Source: Candidatus Parcubacteria bacterium
GTDB lineage: Bacteria > Patescibacteriota > Minisyncoccia > UBA6257 > 2-01-FULL-56-20
Reading direction: 5' to 3'
DNA: 61,863 nt
Assembly: GCA_027324805.1 (NCBI GenBank)
Contig: DAHVRZ010000004.1
Span: 1-61,863 of the forward strand
Positions 1-9,328 of the stretch are shown piece by piece (the stretch's first letter is position 1; each line of letters starts with the position of its first letter). Both the position numbers and the translations under genes were made by a program. The notes under the pieces are model-generated. The model was given only the letters and a program-made list of their open reading frames with translations, ran no database searches and had not been told where the DNA came from.

Positions 1-89
1 AAAACGACCACAGTCGCAATGATGGCGATGATGGCGATTGTAATGAGCAACTCAATGAGGCTGAAGGCTCCCCTGTCCCTTCGTTTCAT
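1..89 (-). CDS. prepilin-type N-terminal domain protein, 5' end only (rest lies left of the window)
   Basis: Minus-strand ATG at 87-89 reads MKRRDRGAFSLIELLITIAIIAIIATVVV, a type IV pilin-like leader plus hydrophobic helix. Confidence 0.6.
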   Translation of the reverse strand, partial: MKRRDRGAFSLIELLITIAIIAIIATVVV

Positions 90-207
90 GATGTAATCAT
101 TCTACCATGGCGGAATATTCACAAACGGGAGAAATAAGAAAATGCCTGTCCGAGAAAAAATCGGACAGGCAATAAAAGACGATGGATATTCATGACAGAT
201 TCCGGAT

Positions 208-990
208 TCAAAGCCGGAGGTCATGTCCCAAAACAACGATCAGAGTCACTGCGTAAATAGCGAACTCCACATCAAAAAGCGGTTGCACCCATCCCGGCCT
301 GTGCTTGCGAAGGAAAGCCGCGAAGGTATGCCAGCCGTCGGTGGGTACGAATGGAACTGCATTCAGCGCTCCCCACATAAGGGAGATGAGCGCCCCCTGT
401 ATGGCTCCCGACAAAAGCGTCGGCGATCCGTGGACGACGTACCGCGCAAGCCCCACGGGACCCACAAGCACAGGCCCTCCGCCGGAATGAACGGATGTTA
501 TGGCAATCCATACAACAGTTCCGATGCCGATGATGGGCAGCGCATTGCAAAAGATGCGCCTCCCGAACCAGATGAGGATCGGAGGGATCGTGACCTCCCA
601 AAAAAGAGGAACATTCAGTATCATCCACGATACCCGGCAATCGATGAGAAGCAGAACATCGAGGATGATCGCCGAAAAGAAAAGGTTCCCCATAATACCG
701 GCACCATTGATCAGTGCCTGTTCATGGTACGGCAACGAAAGAAAACGGCGTTGCCCTTCCTTCGTCTTCCTGATATATCCTCCGAGCGGCAGCATGCCAA
801 AAAGGAATGGAATGCCGCAAATATTTTTTGCCCATCGCTTGCAGCGCGGAGGAGAGAAACCGATGCCTACAGCATCGATCTCTATACCTGCGCGACGCAT
901 GGCGACCCAATGGCCGAATTCATGGATTGCGAACGCGGCAACACTGAGCGTGATGGCCAATGCGGGACCTGCATAACTCGTGATACTCAT
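208..990 (-). CDS. M50 family (site-2 protease-like) membrane metalloprotease
   Basis: HEFGH zinc motif near the N-terminus, a second motif NAVPFVPTDG, and multiple hydrophobic segments. Confidence 0.8.
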   Translation of the reverse strand: MSITSYAGPALAITLSVAAFAIHEFGHWVAMRRAGIEIDAVGIGFSPPRCKRWAKNICGIPFLFGMLPLGGYIRKTKEGQRRFLSLPYHEQALINGAGIMGNLFFSAIILDVLLLIDCRVSWMILNVPLFWEVTIPPILIWFGRRIFCNALPIIGIGTVVWIAITSVHSGGGPVLVGPVGLARYVVHGSPTLLSGAIQGALISLMWGALNAVPFVPTDGWHTFAAFLRKHRPGWVQPLFDVEFAIYAVTLIVVLGHDLRL

Positions 991-1095
991 TTACCCCTCC
1001 AAACCGCAGGATTTCCGATGCAATGTTCGACCGGATAACTGATAATATAATATCAATATATTCGAATAACGTCAAATAATGAAGCGGGTGAAATA

Positions 1096-1123
1096 AAGAC
1101 AGCCCTTTTTAAGGGGCTGTCTT
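1096..1123 (-). terminator. rho-independent terminator-like hairpin downstream of 1156..2430
   Basis: AAGACAGCCC / GGGCTGTCTT 10-bp inverted repeat with a short loop. A T-rich tract follows on the minus strand. Confidence 0.6.
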
Positions 1124-1155
1124 GCGTGCTGCACGCTCGGCTCGACCAACCGCAA

Positions 1156-2430
1156 TTAATGATCGTTGCCGCCGTTGCCGTTACTATTGCCACCATTGCC
1201 ATCACTATTGCCGTTTGCCGCTCCCCCGCCGTGCTGCTCCTGATAGAGGTTCTGAATGTTGCGGAACTGGCTCATGAGCTCTTGAAGGCGTGCATTAAGT
1301 TCGGTGAATGTGGGTGTCGTTCCGGAAGGCGTGCCAAACACTGCATTCGCACCAACGGCTTCGCCGTTGCCCTGACCGTTTTCACCGCCCTGACCGATCC
1401 CGTTATAGAACGGACTCGAGGACTGACCTTCGCGATTGTCCGGGCGAAGCGCCATGATGCTGTAATCGCGCACCACGTTTGCCTGGACCGTCATTGGGTT
1501 CGCCGACGATACAAAGCCTGACACGCCCACTTCATCGCCCACCTTCAGCTGTGTCACCGGATTGGTAGCCACACCGCCCTCGTTCCCGTCGCGGAGATAG
1601 AACTGCGGGAAAAGATTACCGTTCCACACGACGGTATAGGTGATACCCCATACCGATCCCTGGAAGGATCCCGATGCGACGCTCGTCACTGTCATGCCGT
1701 GCGCAAGGAACTGACCGTTTCCGCCAACCGAAAACATCGGCTGATAGAACCGTGGAAGAGGCGGTGTCGGCGTACTCGTCGGCGTCACTATTGGCGGTGC
1801 CACGTACGTTTCCGCGACCGTGCAGGAACCGACCGCTCCTGCCGCGATCGGACCGGTGCAATTGCCGCTCGTGCTCGCCGAATAATTGGCGAGCGTGGAA
1901 ACGCCGACCGAATAGGTCGAGCTCGCATCCACCGTCACTGCCGTACCGGAGGCATTACCGCCAAAAGAAGCCGGCGTTGCACCCGCACCGCTCACCGAGA
2001 CGGCGAAATTCGCGGGAACGGCCGAACCGCCCGCATTGTTATTGACCGAAACATAAACATTGAGCGTACCCGTGGACGTCACCGGATAGGAGGACACCGT
2101 CTCCGAACAGGAGGATGTCGCGACCGACGAGGAAGCATCCGTGGACTGGATCATCGCCGTGTACGTTCCGTTAGCGGCGTACGTGGCGGTGACCGCCGTG
2201 CTTGTCGTGCCGCTTGCAATGCCGCTGCCTGACCAAAGGAACGCGTACGGCGCAACGCCGCCGGTGGAGGTGGCCGTCCATATTATCTGGTCGCCCGAAA
2301 CCGCTCCCGAACAGGAGACCGTCGGCGCCGTCTGGGCATGCGCGAACATCGCGAACGCGACCGTGGCGAATCCTACGAGGGCGACGACTCCCGCGCCCCA
2401 GATACCCGCATATGACCTACGTTTGTTCAT
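1156..2430 (-). CDS. secreted Thr/Ser/Gly-rich hypothetical protein
   Basis: N-terminal signal-like segment ending AHAQ, long low-complexity T/S/A/G-rich body, Gly/Asn-rich C-terminal tail. No recognisable catalytic motif. Confidence 0.65.
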   Translation of the reverse strand: MNKRRSYAGIWGAGVVALVGFATVAFAMFAHAQTAPTVSCSGAVSGDQIIWTATSTGGVAPYAFLWSGSGIASGTTSTAVTATYAANGTYTAMIQSTDASSSVATSSCSETVSSYPVTSTGTLNVYVSVNNNAGGSAVPANFAVSVSGAGATPASFGGNASGTAVTVDASSTYSVGVSTLANYSASTSGNCTGPIAAGAVGSCTVAETYVAPPIVTPTSTPTPPLPRFYQPMFSVGGNGQFLAHGMTVTSVASGSFQGSVWGITYTVVWNGNLFPQFYLRDGNEGGVATNPVTQLKVGDEVGVSGFVSSANPMTVQANVVRDYSIMALRPDNREGQSSSPFYNGIGQGGENGQGNGEAVGANAVFGTPSGTTPTFTELNARLQELMSQFRNIQNLYQEQHGGGAANGNSDGNGGNSNGNGGNDH

Positions 2431-2579
2431 CTTTTTGAATCTAATAATTGGTTTTTTTGTTTTTGATGTGACCGACCTTCAAAAACGATCGACCCGCCCC
2501 GCCGGACCGCAAGGCTCCGTATCATTATTATATGACGTTCTGGGGAAAGAATTGTTACAAAATCAAAAAAGCCTTCTTT

Positions 2580-3062
2580 TCAGGAATTTTTTCGCGCAGA
2601 TGCCGCAGGGTTCAAACGCCAGGTTTCATAATTCAATATTGTTGCAAAAGCCACCCAAAGCATATAAGGAACCATGAGCCAGGCGGCAAGAGTATTGATC
2701 CCAAAAAAAAGAATAATGGCCGCAATAATACAAAGAAGGAGGGCGATAAGTTCAGCGAGTGCCGCGCCAAGGCGCTTTGCTCCAAAAAACAACGGCGTCC
2801 AAACGGCATTGAGTGCGAGCTGGACCACAAAAACATCGAATGCCGTCCCTATTCCATTCGATTGGAACACAAAATATGCCGCTATCCCCTGCAATGCATA
2901 AAGGATCGTCCAAACCGGCCCGAAGATCCAGTTTGGCGGATTGAAGGACGGCTTCTTCAGTTTGGCATACCACCCGGGAATCGCGCGCACCGTAAAAAAA
3001 CTTCCGCTTACTCCAACCGCTTCGCATACAACCACAAAGATAAAAAGCAATATCCAGTCCAT
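2580..3062 (-). CDS. tspO: TspO/MBR family tryptophan-rich sensory protein
   Basis: WYAKLKKPSFNPPNWIFGPVWTILY and LNAVWTPLFF motifs with five hydrophobic helices. Start trimmed to the ATG at 3062 (MDWILL), which clears the upstream MFS gene. Confidence 0.8.
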   Translation of the reverse strand: MDWILLFIFVVVCEAVGVSGSFFTVRAIPGWYAKLKKPSFNPPNWIFGPVWTILYALQGIAAYFVFQSNGIGTAFDVFVVQLALNAVWTPLFFGAKRLGAALAELIALLLCIIAAIILFFGINTLAAWLMVPYMLWVAFATILNYETWRLNPAASARKNS

Positions 3063-3106
3063 GATGTAATCATACCATTCACTAAAACAATAAGGTTTTT
3101 CACTTA

Positions 3107-4321
3107 TTAAGGGACATTTTGAACAAATGCCGGCTTCCGCTTCCACTGAAGCCATCCCCATCCCGCGGCGATAAGCGCCACCACGCCGCCGATGACGATC
3201 GGCACGCGTGCGCCGAATGCATCAGCGAGCCACCCGGAGATCGGACCGCCGATCGGCGTCGTGCCGATAAGAAGCACCAACTGGAGCGCGAGTACGCGTC
3301 CGTGCATCTCATGTTTGGACTCCGTCTGCACGAGCGTCGTTGTAGCCGTCATATAAAGGATGCTCGACATGCCGACAAGGAACATGGCTGCGGCCGCAAA
3401 GACGATATTCGTCGTCGCGGCGAGTACAAGCATGGTGATGCCGAGCGCTGCAGCGCCGAGGATGATATGGTTCATCTTCACCCAATTGCGCCGGGCAACG
3501 ATCAATGTGCATACGACGGCGCCCGCGCTGAAGATCGAGTAGAGAACGGTAAACGCCGTATCGCCGCCGCCGAGCGACATATGAACAAAAAGAGGCAGTG
3601 TGACCGTAAAGTTATACGACATCACGCCGATGAGCGCGAGGATCGTAAAATTTATCAAAAGCAACGGCGTTCCAAGTACGTAGCGCAGGCCCTCGCGTAT
3701 CTCCCCTTTCGTTCGCTCCTTCGGCGCACGCCGATGAAGATCTTCCGTGCGCATCATGGCGAGCGCGATCAAGACGGCAATGTACGTAAACGCATCGATC
3801 GCAAAACACCAGCCATATCCGGTCGTCACGATAAGAAGTCCCGCAAGCGCCGGACCAAGAATCCTCGGAACATTCATGGTCGTGCTGTAGAGCACGACGG
3901 CATTGGCAAGATCGTCGGGCGGTGCCATCTCGCTCACGAACGAACGGCGAAGCGGATTGTCAAAAGAAAGGAAGATGCCGCCAAACCCCGCGAGAATATA
4001 AAGTGCCGCGATCGGCGGATGCGGCATGAATGCCACGATCGCAAGCCCGAACGACTGCGCCATTTCGAAGCTTTGCGTGATGAACAGCATCTTCCGCTTA
4101 TCCACGCGATCCGCAATGGCACCGGCCCAAGCCGAAAGGAAAAGGATGGGGCCGTACTGAAAGGCCGCCAGGAGACCCACATCAACGCCGCTCCCGGTGA
4201 TCTTCAGCACCAGCAGTGTTATGGCGACGTTCGTCAGCCAATTCCCCGTATTGGAGATCAGCTGGCCGAAAAAGAAAAGGCGAAAATTGCGGTTTCGCAG
4301 CGAACGAAAAGTTTCTTTCAT
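3107..4321 (-). CDS. MFS transporter
   Basis: 404 aa with about 12 hydrophobic helices. N-terminus RNRNFRLFFFGQLISNTGNWL and ADRVDKRK loop are typical of MFS exporters. Confidence 0.85.
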   Translation of the reverse strand: MKETFRSLRNRNFRLFFFGQLISNTGNWLTNVAITLLVLKITGSGVDVGLLAAFQYGPILFLSAWAGAIADRVDKRKMLFITQSFEMAQSFGLAIVAFMPHPPIAALYILAGFGGIFLSFDNPLRRSFVSEMAPPDDLANAVVLYSTTMNVPRILGPALAGLLIVTTGYGWCFAIDAFTYIAVLIALAMMRTEDLHRRAPKERTKGEIREGLRYVLGTPLLLINFTILALIGVMSYNFTVTLPLFVHMSLGGGDTAFTVLYSIFSAGAVVCTLIVARRNWVKMNHIILGAAALGITMLVLAATTNIVFAAAAMFLVGMSSILYMTATTTLVQTESKHEMHGRVLALQLVLLIGTTPIGGPISGWLADAFGARVPIVIGGVVALIAAGWGWLQWKRKPAFVQNVP

Positions 4322-4337
4322 TGTTATGTAGATGACT

Positions 4338-4440
4338 ATAACAAAAAAGCAGTTCCATTGCTGAAGCTGTTTCCATATTCTTTCTGCGGTGCTCGCTTAC
4401 CGCTTCGCCCACTGAGGGCGGACTTTTTCGCAAAAAACGC
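4338..4440 (-). repeat. degenerate rpsI 3'-end copy (reads ...KVRPQWAKR-stop) plus flank homologous to 14680-14745
   Basis: ttaccgcttcgcccactg at 4397-4414 matches the true rpsI end at 14848-14865. The neighbouring aaacagcttcagcaatgg block is also shared with the rpsI downstream region. Confidence 0.7.
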
Positions 4441-4564
4441 CATAATTCGCGTTGCTAAGTTCAAATAGAACCGATAACCCTTTTTCACCGTGAATACGAT
4501 TCAACCCATTCTCCTGTGTTGTATATGATAAAATAAAGTAAAGTTCTGCAATTATCCCACTTTC

Positions 4565-5752
4565 ATGCACCACCGTTTCGCTTTCACCCTCATCGAACTG
4601 CTCGTGGTTATTGCCATCATCGCGATCCTTGCGGTGGTCGTTGTATTGGTTTTGAATCCCGCCCAGCTTCTCGCGCAATCGAGGGATGCGAACCGTATTT
4701 CGGATCTCTCAACCCTCAAATCCGCACTTTCCATATATCAGACGGATCAAGGAACGGGTGGTATGGGAACGTCGAGTATTATGTATGTTTCAGTTCCCGA
4801 CGCATCGTCCACCTGCGGCGACCTCGGGCTTCCGTCGGCCGGCCCGGATGTCTGGAGCTGTAGCAGTATCTCCGCATATCGTAGCACAAACGGCACAGGT
4901 TGGATCCCTGTGAATTTCGCCGCCATCAGCTCCGGCGCCCCGTTTGGTTCACTTCCGGTGGATCCGATCAATCAAACGAGCAGCGGACTTTATTACACCT
5001 ATGAGACCAGCGGCTCGACCTATGAACTGACCGCAGCACTGGAATCATCAAAATACGCCTCAACCGCACAGAATGACGGGGGTCAGTATGCCGACCTCTA
5101 CGAACAAGGGACAAGTCTCGCTTTGGTACCGGTGGATTTTCATATGGAATCGCAACCAATCCAACTCCGCGGAAGCGCAATCGGAGCTACCAGTGGTACA
5201 TCGATCACGCTCAATCTTCCCTCGGCATCTCAGGTCGGAGATTTGGCGATTATTTTTGCTCACGCGAACCAAAGCGCTATTTCCATTTCGCCTTCCGGAT
5301 GGACCCAGCTCAATCAAGCTGGAGGGGCATACATTGCCGGATGGACATTTTCAAAAACTCTCACCAGTTCGGACATATCTACCGGTTCTGTCACCATAAC
5401 TTTCAATAGTAATAATGGCCCTGCCGCCGCTTTGGCCGTTTTCGCCGGCAGCACGGGAGGGATAAGAGAAACAGACGTCCTTGAATATGGTGGCACTTTC
5501 AGCTCGCCAATTGTTGGGCCATCCACATCAGCAGCAGTGGCTGGTACAGATGCAGCTCTTTTATTTGGTGGGACCAATGCCACGTCGACTGATACTATTA
5601 ACTACGGAGTCACACAGCAGACTACTAACACAAATTCGGAGGTGCTCACATTCCAAACGGTTTCCGGCGCGGGATCGTTCACTCCAACGTTCAGCTATAG
5701 CAATCCCGGCACTGGATATTATCAATCAATAGTAATCGTAAAACATAACTAA
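4565..5752 (+). CDS. type IV pilin-like protein with a large C-terminal domain
   Basis: N-terminus MHHRFAFTLIELLVVIAIIAILAVVVV is a prepilin cleavage/methylation-type motif. About 350 aa of Ser/Thr/Gly-rich globular region follows. Confidence 0.8.
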   Translation: MHHRFAFTLIELLVVIAIIAILAVVVVLVLNPAQLLAQSRDANRISDLSTLKSALSIYQTDQGTGGMGTSSIMYVSVPDASSTCGDLGLPSAGPDVWSCSSISAYRSTNGTGWIPVNFAAISSGAPFGSLPVDPINQTSSGLYYTYETSGSTYELTAALESSKYASTAQNDGGQYADLYEQGTSLALVPVDFHMESQPIQLRGSAIGATSGTSITLNLPSASQVGDLAIIFAHANQSAISISPSGWTQLNQAGGAYIAGWTFSKTLTSSDISTGSVTITFNSNNGPAAALAVFAGSTGGIRETDVLEYGGTFSSPIVGPSTSAAVAGTDAALLFGGTNATSTDTINYGVTQQTTNTNSEVLTFQTVSGAGSFTPTFSYSNPGTGYYQSIVIVKHN

Positions 5753-5825
5753 CCCGCAGACGGACAACTCTTTAGTAAAGTAGCCCGACGAAAATCTTAT
5801 ACCGCACCCTTCCTGCAAAATCTCC

Positions 5826-6061
5826 GTCTGCGGCGCTAGCCGCTATGGCGCAACAAAACTCCCCATCAGGCAAGTTTCCTGTGGGGAGTTTTTGAGTTTT
5901 TCCCTTGTTTTCCCGGGCCCCTGGGCCACCCCAGAAATTATGGCTCGTTTAGCGCTTCGCCCACTGGCACGCTCTGGGCTGTGGCGAACCTTAGAGGCCG
6001 TTTTGTGCCCGTATTTCCTACTGCGATTTTCATCGCGCAAGAATCGCGCAGAAGATCGCGC
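5826..6061 (-). pseudogene. rpsI 3' fragment plus rpsI 3' flank (repeat copy A)
   Basis: 5826-5966 aligns by eye with 14716-14865 (rpsI stop, 3' UTR, terminator, about 30 nt beyond). 5943-6061 aligns with 13439-13558. One minus frame reads FLRDENRSRKYGHKTA, compared with true S9 FLTRDSRMVERKKYGKRKA, and is frame-broken. Confidence 0.75.
5859..5893. terminator. bidirectional terminator hairpin
   Basis: ctccccatcagg-caagtt-tcctgtggggag followed by TTTTT. The same hairpin occurs at 14761-14793. Confidence 0.7.
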
Positions 6062-6107
6062 CATGATTTCACTTTACTCGTAAAGTACGGGGTGGGCTTT
6101 AGGTTTT

Positions 6108-6632
6108 TTATATACGATCTCCATTCCGTGAGATCGGTATGCCCAACCGTCGTGCCTCCGCGATAAGATACCGCTGGATCACGCGAGCATTCCGAAGGTG
6201 CGCTTTATTGCGGACGACGTTCTTTTTGCGATGAGCGAAAAACTGTCGTCGGTGATCTTTTGCGGATGGCGCAAGCAGAATGACATCCCCGGTCTTTAGA
6301 AATCGGTGAGGGTCAAGAAATGCCGCCTCGAGGACGAACCCCCGACGGTGCTTCTTCAGCCACTTGACGATGGTAGAATGGAGCGCCTTACGCACATTTA
6401 GAAACCCCGCGATGATATTCTTCTCGGTCCGCTTCCCGATAGCCTGGTACGCTTCGGTAGTGGGCAGGAAATAAAACGGTGATTGCGATGTCGTTCTCCC
6501 TTTTTGGGCTATCTTCCTCAACATATCCGCCTCAATATGCGGCACGCCATACTTTTTTGCGAGACGCCGGGCAAGCTTCGTCTTGCCGGAACCCGGTACG
6601 CCGTAGATGATGAATTTTATCGGGCGGTTCAT
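6108..6632 (-). CDS. P-loop NTPase/kinase-like protein
   Basis: Walker A GVPGSGKTKLA at the N-terminus, size about 174 aa. Last gene of the 10-gene operon. Confidence 0.65.
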   Translation of the reverse strand: MNRPIKFIIYGVPGSGKTKLARRLAKKYGVPHIEADMLRKIAQKGRTTSQSPFYFLPTTEAYQAIGKRTEKNIIAGFLNVRKALHSTIVKWLKKHRRGFVLEAAFLDPHRFLKTGDVILLAPSAKDHRRQFFAHRKKNVVRNKAHLRNARVIQRYLIAEARRLGIPISRNGDRI

Positions 6633-7267
6633 TCTGTAAAAGGAATGGTAATTTCTTCAATCAAACGCGCTTTTTCATCGCCGTCCTCTTTTCTGTAAAA
6701 AAACACCGCAACACCTGAAACAGTTATCTCCTTTCCTTCAATAGGTTTGAGATTTCTCTCCGATTCTGCGATATCAGCCTGCGGTTTATCAAAATCAATT
6801 TCGCCAAGCGTGATATGAGGATCGAATTCCTCTTCCGGAAAATTGTATGCTTTCAAGCTTTCACGACTTCCGTCGGTAAGGATACCTTGCTTCTCCAATT
6901 CCTTCTGCTTCTTCTCGCGGATAAAGGGACTGCGATATGGATTCGCCATCTCCGTTATCTTCTCATGTAATTCCTTCAATTTCTCTTTATTGGAAATATC
7001 CATAATATAGAGATTCCGATGACGATCCTCCTCGCGCCTCACTTTGGGCGCAAGCAAGAAGATTGTAAACGGCTTCACATGAAACCTGCGCAATTCATCC
7101 AACAACTTCGGATACCCTTCTGCCGTATAGCTATCAAGATAGAGCGTAATGTGCGGCTCCGATTTATAGCTGCTCCCGTATTCAGAAATGTAGCGTTGTT
7201 TCTCCGTCCGTAGAGCGCGAGTAATCTCCTCGGGAAACGTCACGCGGATACTGATGTCATATTTCAC
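6629..7267 (-). CDS. 2H phosphoesterase superfamily protein (LigT/CPDase-like)
   Basis: Two H-x-T-x motifs, EPHITLY and DPHITLGE, spaced as in 2',3'-cyclic phosphodiesterase/2'-5' RNA ligase folds. 4-nt overlaps with both neighbours. Confidence 0.75.
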   Translation of the reverse strand: MKYDISIRVTFPEEITRALRTEKQRYISEYGSSYKSEPHITLYLDSYTAEGYPKLLDELRRFHVKPFTIFLLAPKVRREEDRHRNLYIMDISNKEKLKELHEKITEMANPYRSPFIREKKQKELEKQGILTDGSRESLKAYNFPEEEFDPHITLGEIDFDKPQADIAESERNLKPIEGKEITVSGVAVFFYRKEDGDEKARLIEEITIPFTE

Positions 7268-7845
7268 AGTTTTAATAAATCTTCTAGTTCAGACAAAACG
7301 ATTGGTGTCTGCACAAAACCATCATCCGTCGTGATATGTCCCGCGCCGTGCAGCACTACGATCTTCGAGCCGAACTCGCTGAACCTCTGCTTATTTTCCT
7401 CGAACGAATCGTAGGGGTCGTTATCAGAAATGATCAGCGTTGATTTCGGCAACACGGTTTTGATTTTGACCGGATTGATAGGCCGCTCGATCCACGGTCT
7501 CGCGATAGCCCGCGTTTCGTCGTCCTCGAGGTTCTTCAGGTTAAACCATCCAGAGACGAACACCGCCCCACCGACCGTCTTCATCGGTTCAAAACGATGT
7601 GCGTCGAGATACCGGAGGATAGCTTGGCAACCGATGCTGTGGCCCACGAAATACGTGTTCTTGTCCGGTACGTCTATGACCGTCGCCAACTTCCCTACCC
7701 ATTTTTCAATGACTGGCGTGTCGCTGTCTGGCATCTCCGGGACGAGAACTTCGTATCCTTCTTTTTCAAGCTGCGCTTTGAGCCATGGCCGCCAATCGTC
7801 ATTCGGGCCGCCCGACCAACGATGGACGATGATGATTCTTTTCAT
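7264..7845 (-). CDS. alpha/beta serine hydrolase (YdeN/RBBP9-like)
   Basis: Nucleophile elbow GHSIGC, C-terminal GAGH, about 190 aa, N-terminus IIIVHRWSG. Confidence 0.7.
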   Translation of the reverse strand: MKRIIIVHRWSGGPNDDWRPWLKAQLEKEGYEVLVPEMPDSDTPVIEKWVGKLATVIDVPDKNTYFVGHSIGCQAILRYLDAHRFEPMKTVGGAVFVSGWFNLKNLEDDETRAIARPWIERPINPVKIKTVLPKSTLIISDNDPYDSFEENKQRFSEFGSKIVVLHGAGHITTDDGFVQTPIVLSELEDLLKL

Positions 7846-8567
7846 TGTTCTTTCTCTAATATGTCAGGAATTTTATTTCTCGGGATTTTTCTTACTTTCA
7901 CTTTATCCATTTTGAGGATATGGGCTTTCATGAGCCGGTGCAAACCATCGAGGATAAGCCAGCGGCCCTTGTTTTCCATGATGTCGATCGGATATTTCAG
8001 ATCGCAATTCATCGTGCGCCCGTATTCTGCCTTGTGGGATTCTGGATGCTCTATGATCTCGCGCGATGTGAGATTGTATCTGCCGCCGTCCCTCCAATGA
8101 AATGGGACGTCGAAATGCCATGCGAGTTCGCTTATCGGCATGTCTTCCGTTGGAACATCGAGCGCCCACACCGCTTCGTTTTTCCAAGGGAACTCAAAGC
8201 CGACCTCCTTGATGATCTTGGGAAAATCGGCATCCCAATCCTTTACCGGAATGAAGTGAATTATCTTGACCGCCGTAGCCGGTCCCACCTCTTTGCCGGG
8301 ATAGTAGCTCCGATAGGCGGCATACATCGCTTCGTCGTCCGGGAAGCGCTCATGGCCCTCCCAGTCGTGGTCGTCCAACTCCTTGATCGGCTTCTCAACG
8401 ACCTCCGTGACGACGGCGCGGCTAAAGACCTTCTTCGTTTCCCAATTCACGAGTTCCGCCACGTCCCCCGCTTGCAAATTCTTATCGTCGAAAAGCCGCC
8501 ACGTTGTAGTTTTTTCGCCATCTGTTATCAGCTGCGCGAGCGCAGGGCGGAACTTGAGAGTTTTCAT
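7842..8567 (-). CDS. ASCH (PUA-like) domain fused to a ParB/Srx-like domain
   Basis: The N-terminal part (FRPALAQLITDGEKTTTWRLFD...GDVAELV) resembles ASCH. The C-terminal part contains WLILDGLHRLMKA, a DGxHR ParB-like nuclease/Srx motif. Start set to the ATG at 8567 (MKTLKF), directly after the upstream stop. Confidence 0.6.
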   Translation of the reverse strand: MKTLKFRPALAQLITDGEKTTTWRLFDDKNLQAGDVAELVNWETKKVFSRAVVTEVVEKPIKELDDHDWEGHERFPDDEAMYAAYRSYYPGKEVGPATAVKIIHFIPVKDWDADFPKIIKEVGFEFPWKNEAVWALDVPTEDMPISELAWHFDVPFHWRDGGRYNLTSREIIEHPESHKAEYGRTMNCDLKYPIDIMENKGRWLILDGLHRLMKAHILKMDKVKVRKIPRNKIPDILEKEQ

Positions 8568-8568
8568 G

Positions 8569-9324
8569 TCATTTAAATTCCAGATACAGCGGTAAATGGT
8601 CGGACACCTCATCCGACAAAACCTTGAAGTCCACCACGTCCACCTCCGGAGAAACCAGCATATAGTCGGAGAATCTCAATGGCTTCTTGTAATGGCTGCT
8701 CCGCGTTGAAGTGATTCCGTATTCCTTGATAAGGTTCCGCGTCGGGAGGCCCTCGATCATGCCGATGCTTTTCGTGTCCGGCTCCAAATTGAAGTCGCCG
8801 CAGATGATCTCTTTGCCAGTTACCTTGCTTGCGAGGCTGAGAATGCGTTTACTCTGCTCAAACCGCGCTTCGCTATCCTTTTTTATGCTTCCTTGCCATA
8901 ATCCGTGGACGTTGACAATCACATGACCGGCGACATTAACGGCAATCGACGCGCCCGCCGCAAAACCTCCATCGTAGTCATTCCATTTTGTTCCCAGATC
9001 GTATAACGTAACGCTCCCGACGAGGGATTGCTTCAAATTCTTCTTCACAAAACAGGCGACGCCGTAATCGAAATCCAATCCCTTCAAGCTCTCGCTGTAA
9101 TAACCGCCTTCGCCGTATCCAGAAAAGTAGCTCGTATGACCCGGGAGCAGACCGACGATCCGCTCATAGCAATCTTTCATTTCCTCACGGGCGGTCTTTC
9201 CGGTGCCGCCTTTGAGGACTTCCTGAAAACAGAATACGTCCGTTTCCAATGCGTGTTCTTTGATAAAGACAACGAGCGGATCGGATATCTTGCCGCCCCA
9301 GATATTGAGCGAGACGAGCTTCAT
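8569..9324 (-). CDS. endonuclease/exonuclease/phosphatase (EEP) family protein
   Basis: MKLVSLNIWGG, FCFQEV and C-terminal SDHLPLYLEF motifs. Confidence 0.8.
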   Translation of the reverse strand: MKLVSLNIWGGKISDPLVVFIKEHALETDVFCFQEVLKGGTGKTAREEMKDCYERIVGLLPGHTSYFSGYGEGGYYSESLKGLDFDYGVACFVKKNLKQSLVGSVTLYDLGTKWNDYDGGFAAGASIAVNVAGHVIVNVHGLWQGSIKKDSEARFEQSKRILSLASKVTGKEIICGDFNLEPDTKSIGMIEGLPTRNLIKEYGITSTRSSHYKKPLRFSDYMLVSPEVDVVDFKVLSDEVSDHLPLYLEFK

Positions 9325-9328
9325 GGTT

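Noticed and set aside
3119-4468. 449-aa plus-strand ORF
   Set aside because: It is fully antisense to the well-supported MFS transporter. Its composition is Arg/His/Asp-rich junk typical of shadow frames in GC-rich DNA.
4397-4678. 93-aa minus ORF ending in RPQWAKR
   Set aside because: Only the last ~8 codons resemble S9. The rest overlaps the pilin promoter and start on the opposite strand and has no protein-like features. I interpret it as a displaced rpsI 3' remnant.
5843-6064. 73-aa minus ORF, the overlapping plus ORFs 5892..6083 and 5981..6166, and the analogous ORFs at 13391..13768
   Set aside because: They lie entirely within the rpsI-fragment/terminator repeats. The S9-like reading is frame-broken, so I treat them as pseudogene debris rather than genes.
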